Source: Camelus dromedarius
Taxonomy: Eukaryota
NCBI RefSeq assembly: GCF_036321535.1
Contig: NC_087437.1
Coordinates: forward strand, 37,264,001-37,328,000
Length of the DNA: 64,000 nucleotides
Direction of reading: 5' to 3'
A program made the translations under genes and the position numbers. Shown piece after piece: positions 51,965 to 64,000 of this stretch. The notes beneath the pieces were generated by a model, which saw nothing but the letters and a program-made list of their open reading frames with translations, ran no database searches and was not told where the DNA came from. Each line of letters begins with the position of its first letter. Positions within the stretch are counted from its first letter, which is position 1.

Positions 51965-54329
51965 ACCATCTATTTCTAATTTTCCTAAACATAGCATAGT
52001 TCCTCTTTTAATCCAGGAATCTGATCAAGTCAGAGACGTTTTGATGATTGTGCCGAGTCCTAGAAAGAGATCATCTGGTGAAAATGTAAAGAGTGAAGGG
52101 TGATCTCAAAGAATTACCTAACTAAATAAGACAGCATATGATATTTATCTCAGGAACCTGAGAGGAGGGATTTTTTTTCCCTGAAATTATCAGAGGAGAT
52201 ACAGATGCCTTATTATTGCTCCAGTGTATATAAATGTCATAAGAATATGTGTGAAAAAATTTCCCCATTGACAAAACTGGAATACATGGTGGAACGGAGT
52301 CATTCCAAGATGGATAATTAAGTGCTCTTATTTTTTTCAGTTGTAGTCATAGTCTTGGTTGGAGAAAGTGCTCTAAATTTAGGTGCTCAGAACTATGTGA
52401 AATCTAGATAAAAGAGAACTCCATTAAACACAAAAATGAATTTCAAGAGTTTCCTGCATTTTGGTGGAAGGGCAATGACAAAACAGCATTATATTAGCAA
52501 AGGTGAGACTAATCTACCCCAGGCTGAGCATTCCAGCAGGAGTGGGACTACACACTTGTTCTCCTGCTGCAACCTCAGGCAGTGAAAAACACTAGGAGAG
52601 CAATATCAATTCAACTTCACTGACTCTGACCATGGAGACAACACAGAACATCATACATATAGAAGCAAAAGCTGCAATTCCAAATATTGTGGAAAAGACC
52701 TTCCCAAAGACCTACTGCCATGTCACATCAATGGCAAAAACAGAGCCATCACAATACGAAGTACAGCAAACAGAACAGGCATAAATATTACACAAATTTT
52801 TGTTCTAAACGTTTGCCATGATTTCTTATCAAGCCATTGCTGTTTCTTTGCTTGATAAAAAGGGAGTGCAAACATACTGTTTATGGTTTTGTAAGAATTA
52901 AATGAATTAACTCATGATATTTCTTTATATGCTGGGAGTTAAGAATAGCAGTAGGCAAAGACAATATACATGATATCTTGCCTGCACATATTTACATAAG
53001 GAGTGACAGGGCTTGGCTTGCTCAACCTGTAGACCCTTGGCCAAGAGCAGTGATTTGTTTCTATATCTACAGTGTTAGATCATCCTCTGACCTGCCCTCC
53101 CAAGGATGGCAAAATTGAAAAGTGGTAAAATAGATTTAAAAGAGAGGAAGGAGCTAAATTTCACTATAAGGTAGATTAAAATAATTCATTTGGGATTCAA
53201 ACTTGTGTGACATTATCTATGTATTAAAATAAGGACTTAACCATTGTTAAATAAAATGGCTGACAAAGGGAAGAAAGAGATCAGCTTTCATTTGCAGTTT
53301 CTTTTATCCAGGTGCTAGTGGATATTTACATCAAAATCAATTAGCCATATTTTATTTATAGGGAAAGGTAAAGTAAAAACCATTCTTTTGAAATCTTTTA
53401 TGTAACAAAACAAAAAATAGGAGAGTGAAGAAAAGGTGAAAAATTACAATGTAGGATAAAAATGAAAATACTCATAATTATTTTAAAACAAATATACAAG
53501 AATATGAGATGAAAATGAAATAATACAAATTTGAAACCTCACTAAAACACTCACCTTAAAAGGTCTGCTGTGTCACTCATAAATTGAATTAATTTTTAAT
53601 ATGTCCTTTTGTATCATTATAGACACAGTCCCTAAAACTGAGTATGGAGACAAATTAAGAGGAACTACTTTTAAAAGTAGATGCATATTGCAATTCCCAT
53701 GTATTTTCATATTTATAATTGAGTTTTTTGTTGCATAAAAGAGTCCAAAAGATATATTTTAAATTCGGGATTATTTGCTAATATAATGAAGATATCTCTC
53801 ATACGTATTGAAAATGGCTCCAATCAACTCAGTGACCCAGTACCTCCTTCCCAATCTATATGTCAGGTATATTTCGTTAGGTGGCTGTTAGCGTGACTTT
53901 GAACTAATACAAGAGACACTGAGAATGAGCAGCATTATTAATGACGGAGATGCAAGAGGGTGGATAAAGTATGAGGACTGACTTTATCCCATGCTCCCTA
54001 TTAAATCACTGCTTGCATTATAACTGTGGAATCAGACTATTTTAAGACACTAAATAAATCCTTAAAGAAATGAAGGCATCACAAGGACTTTATTATTTCT
54101 TCCTCATCTCTCATACAGACTTTTTATTTTGAAAAGGAAAGCTGAATTATTCGTGATTTTTAAAAAAGACTTGAAATGTATTTTAGTTTTTTTTCTAGAA
54201 CATGTGAATCTTATAAACGGAAAACGAGGCTGTAAAGACAAACTGATATCTGCACAGATAAGCTGTGCTCATTTTCTGACTTACGGAGGATCTAGGGTTC
54301 ATACATAGTAATAAAACTTGCCCTACGGA

Positions 54330-54635
54330 TTCAGCCTCTGCTAGAATGACCTCATTATATTTTATCCCCACAAAACAGAACCATCTCCTTGTTCTGATGT
54401 TAGTAAATCCCTTTTTTCCCTCAGGCTTGAAATATTGGTGTCATCAAGTACTCTTTCTCTTCTTTAACTCTAAACTTCATGAAATTACCACATTCTTCTG
54501 ATTCTGTTCATTACAGTAGTTTAATCCATCTTTCCTTCCATTCTCACTATCATCATCCTGGACCAAACATTCTGCCATGATAGTGCATGTCACTTAAGAA
54601 CAGAAACTCTGATTAATACCTCTCATTTCTCCCTC
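54330..54635 (+). mobile_element. L2 fragment
   Basis: 'tcaggcttgaaatattggtgtcatc...tccttccattctcactatcatcatcctggaccaaac'. Confidence 0.5.
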
Positions 54636-54636
54636 A

Positions 54637-54968
54637 GTCAAAGAGTACAAAATTTCAGTTATGCAAGAGGAATAGAATATGTCCTAAAGATCTGCTGTAC
54701 AGCACAGTGCCTACAGTTAATAACATTGTATCCTTAAAATCTGCTAAGAGGGTAGATCTTATGTTCAATGTTCTTATCACAAAAAAGTTATAATAAATAA
54801 AGATGGCAGGAGGAAAATTTTGGAGGTGATGGATATGTTCATGGAAAAGATTGTAGGGATGGTTTCACATATGTATACTTATTTCCAAACTCACCAAATT
54901 GTATGTATTAATTATGTACAGCTTTTTGTCATTAATCATTAATCAACAACAAAGTAATTTAAAAAAGA
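54637..54968 (+). mobile_element. L1MA10/L1MB1-like 3' end
   Basis: 'gtcaaagagtacaaaatttcagttatgc...gctaagagggtagatcttatgtt...ttttggaggtgatggatatgtt...aaactcaccaaattgtat...atgtacagcttttt'. Confidence 0.88.
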
Positions 54969-55127
54969 AGAATGCAAACTCTGTGATTGTTAGGTTTAAA
55001 TCTCTCCTATACCACTCACAACAGACTCTGATATTCGGAAAATTCTTTACTAAGAGACTTTATTTTCTCATATTAGGAAAATAATAGTAGTTTTTAGCTA
55101 CATCATAGGTTTCTTTAATATAATATA

Positions 55128-55352
55128 CAGTTGACCTTTGAACAACAGAGGTTTGATCTATGGGGCTCATTTTACTCCGATATTTTTCAATAAATATGTA
55201 CTATAATACTACATGATTGTGGTTGATTGAATCTGTGGATGTGGAACCAAAGATACAAAGGGCCAACTGTAAAGTTGGAGGAAGACTGTGTACTGCACGG
55301 GAGTGTGTGGAGGAGGGGTGCTGGTGCTCCTGACACCCACATTGTTCAACTG
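55128..55352. mobile_element. MER8/Tigger2-derived TcMar MITE with TA TSD
   Basis: TA|CAGTTGACCTTTGAACAAC ... TTGTTCAACTG|TA; the right TIR is partly deleted. Confidence 0.85.
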
Positions 55353-56439
55353 TACCTAATATAGTGTATGTAGTAGAAATTCACACATGCAGGATAAGCA
55401 TAAGATAACTTGAAGATTGTCACACATACAGTGAGTTCCTAAGTATTAGTCACTATCATTGTTGTTACTGTTAGGTCCTAATTTGATTTTCTGGCTCCAT
55501 TCTTTTTCAAAACCATACCATCAATTTGATCTTGTGAAACTATTACTTAAATTTGCCTTTATCCTAATGTGACACATAAATAAAATCATTTTTCCTTAAT
55601 TTAGTTTTTAAAGGCCTCTGTATATCCAAAATCTATAATTCAACACTTTTTAATTTATTCAGTATTTGTTGACCAATCGCTGTGTAAAATTTTCTCAGGT
55701 TTGCAGAAGACCCAAAATATCTTCCACTGCTTCTTTTCAGTTTCTTTATATTATATCCAAACTCTTTTCTGACTCAGAATTCCTTCTACCTTTATATACT
55801 ACTCAAATCCCACAGACCTATTAAAATCCAAACAAATAAAATGACCATCGTGTTTTCACGTTTTCAGGGAAACATGAGTCATTTCTTCATTCTAAGAATT
55901 CTTACACAAATCACACATCTCTGTATTACTGTTACTTAGGCATAAACCTTAACTGCCTTAAGACTACAAAGTCTAGACACAGGGCTCATTAATTTCTCTC
56001 GCATTGCCTTTAAAGAATCTATATTTATTTTCTTTCTAGAATTTTTAGCATTCTATAAATTCCTTGTTACCTGGTCCATTTGCTTTTTTCTGTTTCCTCC
56101 ATGAGAATGTAAATTTTATAAGGATAAGAAACTTGGCTATAGAAAGCTCCCCTGTATTTTACTGATTCTAAACATAATGCCATTAAAAAAAATTAGTTGC
56201 TGAAATATAGTTATAAAGTTAATTGAAGATTTACTCATTTTTTATTGGATAAATAAAATAATTTGTGTCTGGGGAAGCTCAGGTCATTTTTTGGCACTGT
56301 CAAAGCCATGCATCAAAAATGTCTATCTTGTCCCTCACCTCTCATACCACCTGTGCATCTATATTTAGAGATTACTTAAATTCCTAGGGAAAGTTGCAGG
56401 TCTTTGGCAAATTTTACTACATATTCACTTAACTTTTTA

Positions 56440-56868
56440 TACTTTTTGTTTTTAAATAATTTTAGATTTATAGTGAGCTGCAACTACAATAAAGAACCCT
56501 TATATCCCCTTCACTCAGTGTCCCCTACCCAGAATCACGGTACATTTATCAACAGTTAAGAATTTAACATTAATGCAATACTATTAACTAAACCAATGCC
56601 CCCACCAGGTTTTCCATTAATGTCTTTGTTCTGTTCTAGGCTTCAGTCCAGGATACCACATTGTATTTAGCCATTCTGTCTCAGTCTCCTCCCATCTGTG
56701 ACAGTTTCTCAGTCTTTGCTAGTTTTTCATGACCTTGGCACTTTTGAAGAATATTAGTCATATATTTTGTAGAACACACATCACTTAGGGTTATTCCAAT
56801 GTTTTCTTATTGAACATTTAGGTTGGATGGGTTTTATAGATTTTGGGGAAGGATACATAAAGGTGAAC
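56440..56868 (-). mobile_element. L1MC4-like 3' fragment
   Basis: 'tccaggataccacattgtatttag...gacagtttctcagtcttt...tcatgaccttggcacttttgaaga...attttgtagaa'. Confidence 0.8.
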
Positions 56869-58649
56869 AGAAAGCTATACTCTTATTAAACAGAATCAAA
56901 TAACCCGTGCTTGAAATGAAAGCATTCCAGAGAAATAAAACGTACTACTTGGCGAAAACAGTGAAGCAGCTACCAAACCTGGCAACAGGATGGTAGTTTC
57001 AAGGCAGATGGCAGAAACAACAACTTGGCAACTCTAGTGGAGGTTTAACACACAGTACAGGGGCAAGATGAAAGGAAACAGCATAACAAAAATATTGTTT
57101 CAAAAATCCATTATCATTAGTTCTACACAGAAATAATTTTGTAATAGCACAAGTTTCAAAGCACTGTAAACCTTTATGTATTTCATGAATATTTAAATAA
57201 AAAATTCACTAAAATCTTTCCACAAATATTTAATTTTGAATTTTTTTAGAAAATAAATGTTAAAATAAACTTCAATATATAGTAAAAATTATTTTGGTCA
57301 CTTGTTAAATATTCCAATGAGTTGATGAGTTGCAAGTATTCAAGATAAACTAGTTTAACACTCATTTCAGCTGCACCAGTTTTCTCCATTTGTTTATATT
57401 CATTGGATGTCAAATAAGGAAAAGTCATACAATATTAACTTTGTATAAATTAGAATCAATTTCATAAAAAATGAAAAAGCGTTATATTTAATTAAATATC
57501 TCATCATAAGGCTTCAAACTTAAAGACATGGTTCAGAGACCAATTTTCATGTAAATTTCCTTTTTTTAATAATAAACTAAAATTTATTTCCAAGAAAGGC
57601 ACTTTCAAAGTAATACTTAAACAATAGTTTCTGAGTTATCTACCATTAAAAATTTGATACTCTCTAATGCATTTCTGTCTTTACTATTCAGATATGTATT
57701 TTTTTATTTTAACTATGATTTTTTTTTAGGAAGAATAGTTTGGACTTTCAATTAAAATGTAATTAATTTTATGGCCTCATAAATTTTCAGTATTGGGGTG
57801 TTAGCTCTTCAATAGTTTTCCATTCCAATAAAGTAAATTGCACTTATCCCAGAATATATATTTCAACATATAACTTTGTTATTCAATAATGAATTAACTA
57901 TTTTAAAATTTTACATTTACACAATTTCAAACATTAAGCCTAGCATTGCAAAATAAGGAACTCTAACTCTACAAAACTTCGCCTACAAGGTGGAATAATA
58001 ATCATACTTTTTACTTCAAACGACACTTCTACAGCTTCTGCTGTCTCAACTTAGGATTTTCATAAAAATTTTTAAAATAAAAGTTTTAAAACCAAAATTA
58101 GAATCTTTCATCGTTGTGAGTTCATTTACACATAAATAATTTAACTCCTGCTTTTCTTGCATATTTTAAAAGTTTGAATACATTATAGAGGTTTGTCTTT
58201 CAGTAGAGGTTTGTTGAGACCTAAGTTATCTCTAGCTGTTTTAAACTTTATCTTCCCCCAACTGAGCAACTAAAACATATTATAACATTTGCACTAGTAA
58301 TCATTATTGTTATATAATAATTTAAATAATTATATAGTGATTACCATTAAACATGGCATATGTATATAAATATGTGTATGAGCTAACTATTCATATCAAA
58401 GCTTTTTTTGATGCCCTCCTACGTGACAATTCTAACTTCTCCTTCAGAGGCTAATAGGTGTTTCATGAGAATATCATTTTATTCTTTATTTTTAATCCAA
58501 TGGCCCTCTTTGCCTAGAATTTTAGTAACCATTAGAACGTGGGCAAAGTAAACACATAGAATAATTGTTCCAGGCCTTAGTAGCCATCTTATGAGATTAA
58601 AAAAAAAAAAAATCTGTGAATTCTGATTGCAATATTTTTGCTGTTGTTT

Positions 58650-59640
58650 CACTTAAAGTTATTTCAGCCACGAACATCAGCCATGAACAACTTACTGAAA
58701 GTGCCCTGAATAATAAAAGGTATGTTATTTCACAATAATAACTTCAGAGTACTTAATTTGAGGTAGTTTGTTAAAGAAGTTCTCCCGGTGTGGATTGGAG
58801 ACACCTGGGTATCTCAGAAAAAAGTTCAGGTATCCTTGATATCAGAATGATTTTCATAATAACACCAAGATAACATTTGCTTAATTCACTCTTTCTCTCA
58901 CAGTATACAGTGACATTTTACAGGGGCTACATTATGTGTGAAATTAGAACCAGACTGAATGCAAAAAAATACACAAGAATCCAGCTGTGTTCTATCAAGC
59001 AAAACATTGAAAAGATTTGCAAAAGTGCAAAGTAATGCTACCTCTCATACAAGTTTTTTACTTCAGAAAATATAGTTATAACATACATTATTCATGGTAA
59101 CACATAATGGACATATTTTCATTTTTAAGTAAATTAATACATAGTATTTTTTAGTTTGTCATTTTTAAATCCTAATACAGTAAATATTGATAGCTATAGT
59201 TCACATAAACAAAAGCTTTTTGGAGTCTTTAATAATTTTTAAGACTATAAAGAAGGCTGTAAAGAAGTAACAAGTCTCTAGAATTTAAGAGCTGATGGCT
59301 TAATGATACAGATGTTTCATCTCCAGATGCTTTTCATCTTGCAGTTCTGTCATTATCTGTTAAAACTTTTTCCCCTACACTCTTTCCCCATAGTTAGAAA
59401 ACTGCTAGAGTAATCCTAGGTATCACGTCGTTATGTGACGTAGAAAAGAGAGGCAACTACTCCCGAGTTCCTCCTTTTATGAGAGAGGAAAGTATTACTC
59501 ATGACTCCCAATAGAATTTATCCCATGTCCCATTGACTAGGAAATGATAAACATCCATGCTAAGCCATTCATTCTCAAAGGAAATGACATCACTCTGACG
59601 GCTGAGTCCAATTGCTATTCATGCCTGGGTAGAGGTGGAG
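58650..59640 (-). mobile_element. Old MaLR LTR (MLT1K/L-like) split by Charlie1b
   Basis: Left piece 'aataataaaaggtatgttatttcacaataa...'; right piece 'ccagatgcttttcatctt...catgtcccattgactagg...ctaagccattcattctcaaaggaaatg'. Confidence 0.5.
58774..59297. mobile_element. Charlie1b-like non-autonomous hAT element (~520 bp)
   Basis: 'attttcataataacaccaaga...cagactgaatgca...agaatccagctgtgttctatcaagc...gatttgcaaaa...cacataaacaaaagctttttggagtctttaataatttttaaga'. Confidence 0.85.
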
Positions 59641-62600
59641 AAAAAGACACTTGCTGGAATCCTTGGCCAAGTGGAGGGTAAATATTCAAAGTTAGTAGGG
59701 CCTCTTAACACAAGGCAGAATTTTATCTTGGGAATGGATTTGGATAAAGTGAATGTGTCATTTACATCTGTTGTGCTGAATTTATCTTCAAAAATCAGGC
59801 AGGTATTAAGCACTGTGTTATCTCATATGTGGCTCTGGCCACAGTCTGTGTCCAACTAATCATATTCTTGTTTTAATTTTTTAAAAATTTTTCTTTTTTC
59901 AACTAATCATATTCTGAGAGTCTTGAGATTTAAAGTTGAACCTTTAGAATTAGCATTATAAAATTAACTAGGGTAGTATATATAGCAGGCTAAGTGGCTA
60001 AACAATTTTTTAAAACAAACTAAGACTAAGTTTGGTTGTAGGCACCCAAATACCAAGAGGTAGAAAATTCAAAACAAAGGCCACAGATCTTAAAGAACTT
60101 TGAGTGTATTTATAATAGAATGATTTATCTCCTTTGAGAATTGCACATTTTTCTACCATATTAAAAATATTTATGTGAAAGTATGTGCAACTGTGAAACA
60201 CTAAAAAAATAGTGGCATCTTATAATGCTTCTACTGTAGTTGCTGATTTATTTTTAATTATGCTTGTTGTTTTACTTTGGTTTGATAAAAGCAATGGACT
60301 AACAAGTGTTTTGACTACTAATTCTGGTCCTGTCCTATGACTCTCTTAATATAAATTTTTAAATCATTTTCTAATTTATAAACTAATGAGATTAAGAAAA
60401 AATAATATCTGAGATACCATGAGATGCTAAACTTTCTTCAACAGATACATTTTTTAATGTTTGCAAGAGTTATAATGATTTGAGTTGCTTAACCTGCTGA
60501 TCCATTTTTTTCAGGAAGAGGTCTGAAGACTACATATGCTAAAGAAATACTGATATGTATGACAAGTTCACAGTCATTTAATTACTTTGTCTATTTTAGG
60601 TGGGCACACCCCTATGTAATAAATATTAAAAATGCTTGTAAGCATTTGACATTGTGCTGAAAAAGTTAGGGTCTCAGATTTAGTTATAGAATAAAGATTC
60701 TAAATAATCTATACTGCTACTGTAATGTACTTAAAATTTTTACAAAATTTAAATTAATCATATCACTTCAAATATATTTGCATATCTATTACCATATAAC
60801 TTTTGAGCAAGAGTACTGATTCGCCTATTTTTAAGTAAATTATAGGTATTATAAGAGTTCTTTATTTATAGGTATTATACTTCTGTTTTATAGATCACAT
60901 GAATATCATACCTAGACATTATGATATATTAGACTGAATATAAAACATTTGATATTATCTTCAAATTAAATACCAATTTCCATACTGGACAATATTTCAG
61001 AGGTACCTCCAAGTATAACTGTTTTGGTTCAATTTTTTGAATAATTTTGATTTATAATAACTTCAAACTAGTCTAAGGGTGGCATTACAAATGATTTCAC
61101 CAGAAACAAGCAACACATCTGATTTAAAATAAAAATATTTCACATCCAACTTGTGTCCTTTCATAAGTAAGTACACAACCAGATAAATCAATTCTATAGT
61201 TGAATTGAAAAGCAGTTGTAAGAATTTAGTCAAATCAGCCAATTTGGTTGTATTAGTGAAATAATTTATGGTTTTTGCCTATAAATCTGAAGTTCCAACT
61301 TATGTTTTACTCTGTCCTCAAGCATCTCCCATGCAGAAATTGCTTTGCTGATGGCAAGTTAGTATTGCCCACATCTCCAGGGGAATTAATTCAGGGTGAT
61401 GATGCATTACAGAAAAATTAAACTTAAATTTCAGTTGTCTCATAATAGTTTTTTTTATAATCATCAGACAACCTAGTTAGTTAACACCACTAACATTTTC
61501 TCTTCTGAAAACCTAACAGGTGTTTGGTAGATTTTCTTCATCTGTTACAAATCAGCCCCTATCCCAACTGGACATGTTCCATTCAGTAGATGGACATTTT
61601 TTATACTTGTAGATATCCTGCACCTGTTCAAACAGTATCATCTCCAAACCTGTCTTCTTAGTTGATGCTGGCTGTTCTCTTCTTGACACCTGGCCCATCC
61701 GATCCACATCATTGTCTCTATAGAAGAGATTTATTGTACAGAGACTACTGCACTTGTCTCAAATTATCTGTCTCTGTCTGGCACATCCTCAGACTTAGTG
61801 AAACTGTGGAGCGATGGGTTGACCTATGCTGAATCATACTTTTGCTTCATGACAAAATGATATATCAATTCTCTAAAATCTTCATCCAAGTAAATGGTAA
61901 CTATGTTACCTTTACAAATATCCTTAAACTGAGGATTTCATACTTGAATTTTTCCAATTGTCAGAATATAATAAATTTTAAGAGTCAGAAGATTGAGAAT
62001 CTGTTCATTATGTATGTTGGAAATAAGCTGACCTCACTGCCCTCAGTATACCTGTGATAGGGAAGGTAAAGTTAACCCATTGGGGAAGAAAAGAAAACAT
62101 TCACTTTCATGGTCTATAGAGCTTAAATTAGCTAATATTGATCCCTTGGGAGGGGAAGAGTGGAACAAATGAAAAGAATAGAAAAGAAGAGGAAAGAGGA
62201 GTGGAAGGAGCCATAGTTCTATTAGAAAATGGCATTTTTGGTTAATATGTATATTTTCCTCCATTGGGTATTAAAAATTCTTGATGATTTGGCTATCTCA
62301 TCATTTTTGGAGTAACTCTTTGCTATGAAAATAATGGAAATTGGAAATAAATATTGTGTATTTTCATTTTTCCTGTTAAGTTAAAAGATAATTCTGTTTC
62401 TCAATAATGAGTCACACATCTAAAATGATAAAAAAAAAGAACGCATCTTGCATCCTAACAAATTAGACTAGTTTTTTAAAATAGAGGAATTCTATAATTC
62501 AACCCACAAAGGTACAGTTCCAAGAAGATGATAACGCTGGCACAGTTCTGAACCTGCCAAATTTTGAAATCTGCCAAATTTTGAAGTGATGATAAGGAAA

Positions 62601-62901
62601 AATGAGTAAGAATATCATCAATGAAATGAGCTGATAGGCAATCTCCATGACCACAGAATATGGGTAGATGTTACCAAAACACCAGCATCTGTAGGACTAA
62701 CTCAACATCAGCAGGTCAGTGGCAAGTATAATGACAAAAAAAAAGAGAGATTACTGACAAGTTTAATGAAAGAAAGATTTCAGTATTATCATCTGCAATA
62801 AAGAAGACTCAATCCTGAGTAGGTGAACTTGTTCAGTTAAACTTAGAATGGTAGATAAAGCTAAGAAAAATGCCTCCATACTCTGATTTGAAAGTTAATG
62901 T

Positions 62902-62904
<3 letters not shown>

Positions 62905-62932
<28 letters not shown>
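62905..62932. repeat. (AC)14 microsatellite
   Basis: Direct reading. Confidence 0.97.
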
Positions 62933-62935
<3 letters not shown>

Positions 62936-63164
62936 TGCTAGTACTAAGTGGCCATGAATTGATAAAAACAGTGCTGAGGTTGCCTAAACTTTTGAGAATC
63001 TCAGAGATATTCAACAAATATTTCTTCCCAGAAAGAGGGAAAGCTCCTGGGAGAATGAGCCACAGCTCAGCATGGCAAGATCACTAAGGATAAGGAAGAG
63101 AAAGTTCAGATAGCAGAGAACAGAAAAAGACTCAAAAGAAGTGGATTACAGAACATACTATGAT

Positions 63165-63302
63165 AGATGGATGCAAAACCAGCCCTGGATACAGAGGGCC
63201 AACAGCACTACAACATTTTATAAAGGGAACTTGAGCAGCCACAGATTTTGGTATCCATGGAGCCTCAGAACCAGTCCCCTGAGGATACTGGGAAATGACT
63301 GT
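63165..63302 (-). mobile_element. MER2/Tigger3-related TcMar MITE fragment
   Basis: 'ttttataaagggaacttgagcagccacagattttggtatccatggagcctcagaaccagtcccctgaggatactgggaaatgactg' is the reverse of the MER2 terminus. Confidence 0.8.
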
Positions 63303-63304
63303 CC

Positions 63305-63665
63305 ATACTCCTTTGAAAAAGTTTGGGGAAATAGCATACTGGGGAAATAGAAAAACTGTGCAAACTTTTCAGAGGGAAATGTGGCACATCTAGCAATTAC
63401 CAATTCACTAAGTCTTTGATATTCTTTTAGGCACCTAAACATACATTGGAAAATATATGAACTGACATAAGACTTACTTTGTGGCATTATTTATAACAAA
63501 TATTAGAAAAAATTTAAAAATGCAGCAGGATATTGACTGGATTAACAGTGGCACATTCATAAATGAAGTATTATATACACAGAGAATGAAATAGAAAATA
63601 CATCTATATAATGATATGGAGTGATTTACAAAATACATTGTCCAGTGAAAAAAGCAACTTTGGAT
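63305..63665 (+). mobile_element. L1ME-type 3' fragment
   Basis: 'caaacttttcagagggaaatgtggca...gcattatttataaca...tggcacattcata...gatatggagtgatttacaaaatacattg'. Confidence 0.6.
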
Positions 63666-63848
63666 TATCTCCTTACTTATAGACAGACAGGTAGGGTACA
63701 TAGGGAGATGGATAGATAGATAAATGAGAGCTGAAGCTGCTTTTTGAGCATTGCAGGATCACTAGAGATAAGAAAGTTGAAGAAATAGATATGCTTTCTA
63801 TTTACTTTGTGTTTATGTATGTTATATTACACAGAGATAGAGTATATA

Positions 63849-64000
63849 CAGTCTTCCCTTGGCATCCACAGGGCATTGGTTCCAGGACTCCTGCTGATAC
63901 CAAATCTGCAGATGGCCCACACAAAATGGTGCAGTATTTCCATATAACCCACTCACATTCTCTAGTGTACCTTAAATCATCTCTAGATTACTTATAATAT
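63849..64000 (+). mobile_element. MER2 (TcMar-Tigger MITE), truncated by the window end
   Basis: TA|CAGTCTTCCCTTGGCATCCACAGGGCATTGGTTCCAGGAC...ttaaatcatctctagattacttataata. Confidence 0.88.

Noticed and set aside
62554..62587. 17-bp tandem duplication CTGCCAAATTTTGAAAT x2 as an array or CRISPR-like repeat
   Set aside because: Only two adjacent copies with no spacers; an ordinary slippage duplication in eukaryotic DNA.
1..64000. All ORF-track entries (60-136 aa) as protein-coding genes
   Set aside because: They are short, low-complexity F/L/I/K-rich translations, many starting at TTG/GTG or lying within repeats. There are no recognisable domains and no consistent exon chain.

Overview
AT-rich, CpG-poor mammalian non-coding DNA (intergenic or deep intronic), most likely from a camelid because it carries a tRNA-derived Vic-1-type SINE at ~22.7 kb. 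I find no credible protein-coding gene, rRNA, tRNA, CRISPR array or operon-like system. The ORF-track entries are short chance frames or decayed transposon frames. Much of the window is a fossil record of transposable elements: a solo ERV1 LTR with a 4-bp TSD, a decayed Charlie/hAT transposase, MaLR/ERVL LTRs, a MER4-group ERV internal fragment, an old L1 5' half whose ORF1 is split by a younger L1 3' end (10-bp TSD), L2/MIR/L3 remnants, Charlie and Tigger MITEs, and microsatellites. The most interesting unexplained signal is a ~140-nt imperfect fold-back at 12226-12366 whose mismatches are mostly G-U compatible on the + strand. Repeat family names come from my recollection of consensus sequences, not from a database search. 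Boundaries are approximate unless a TSD is quoted. I cannot support a claim of a new biological system here.
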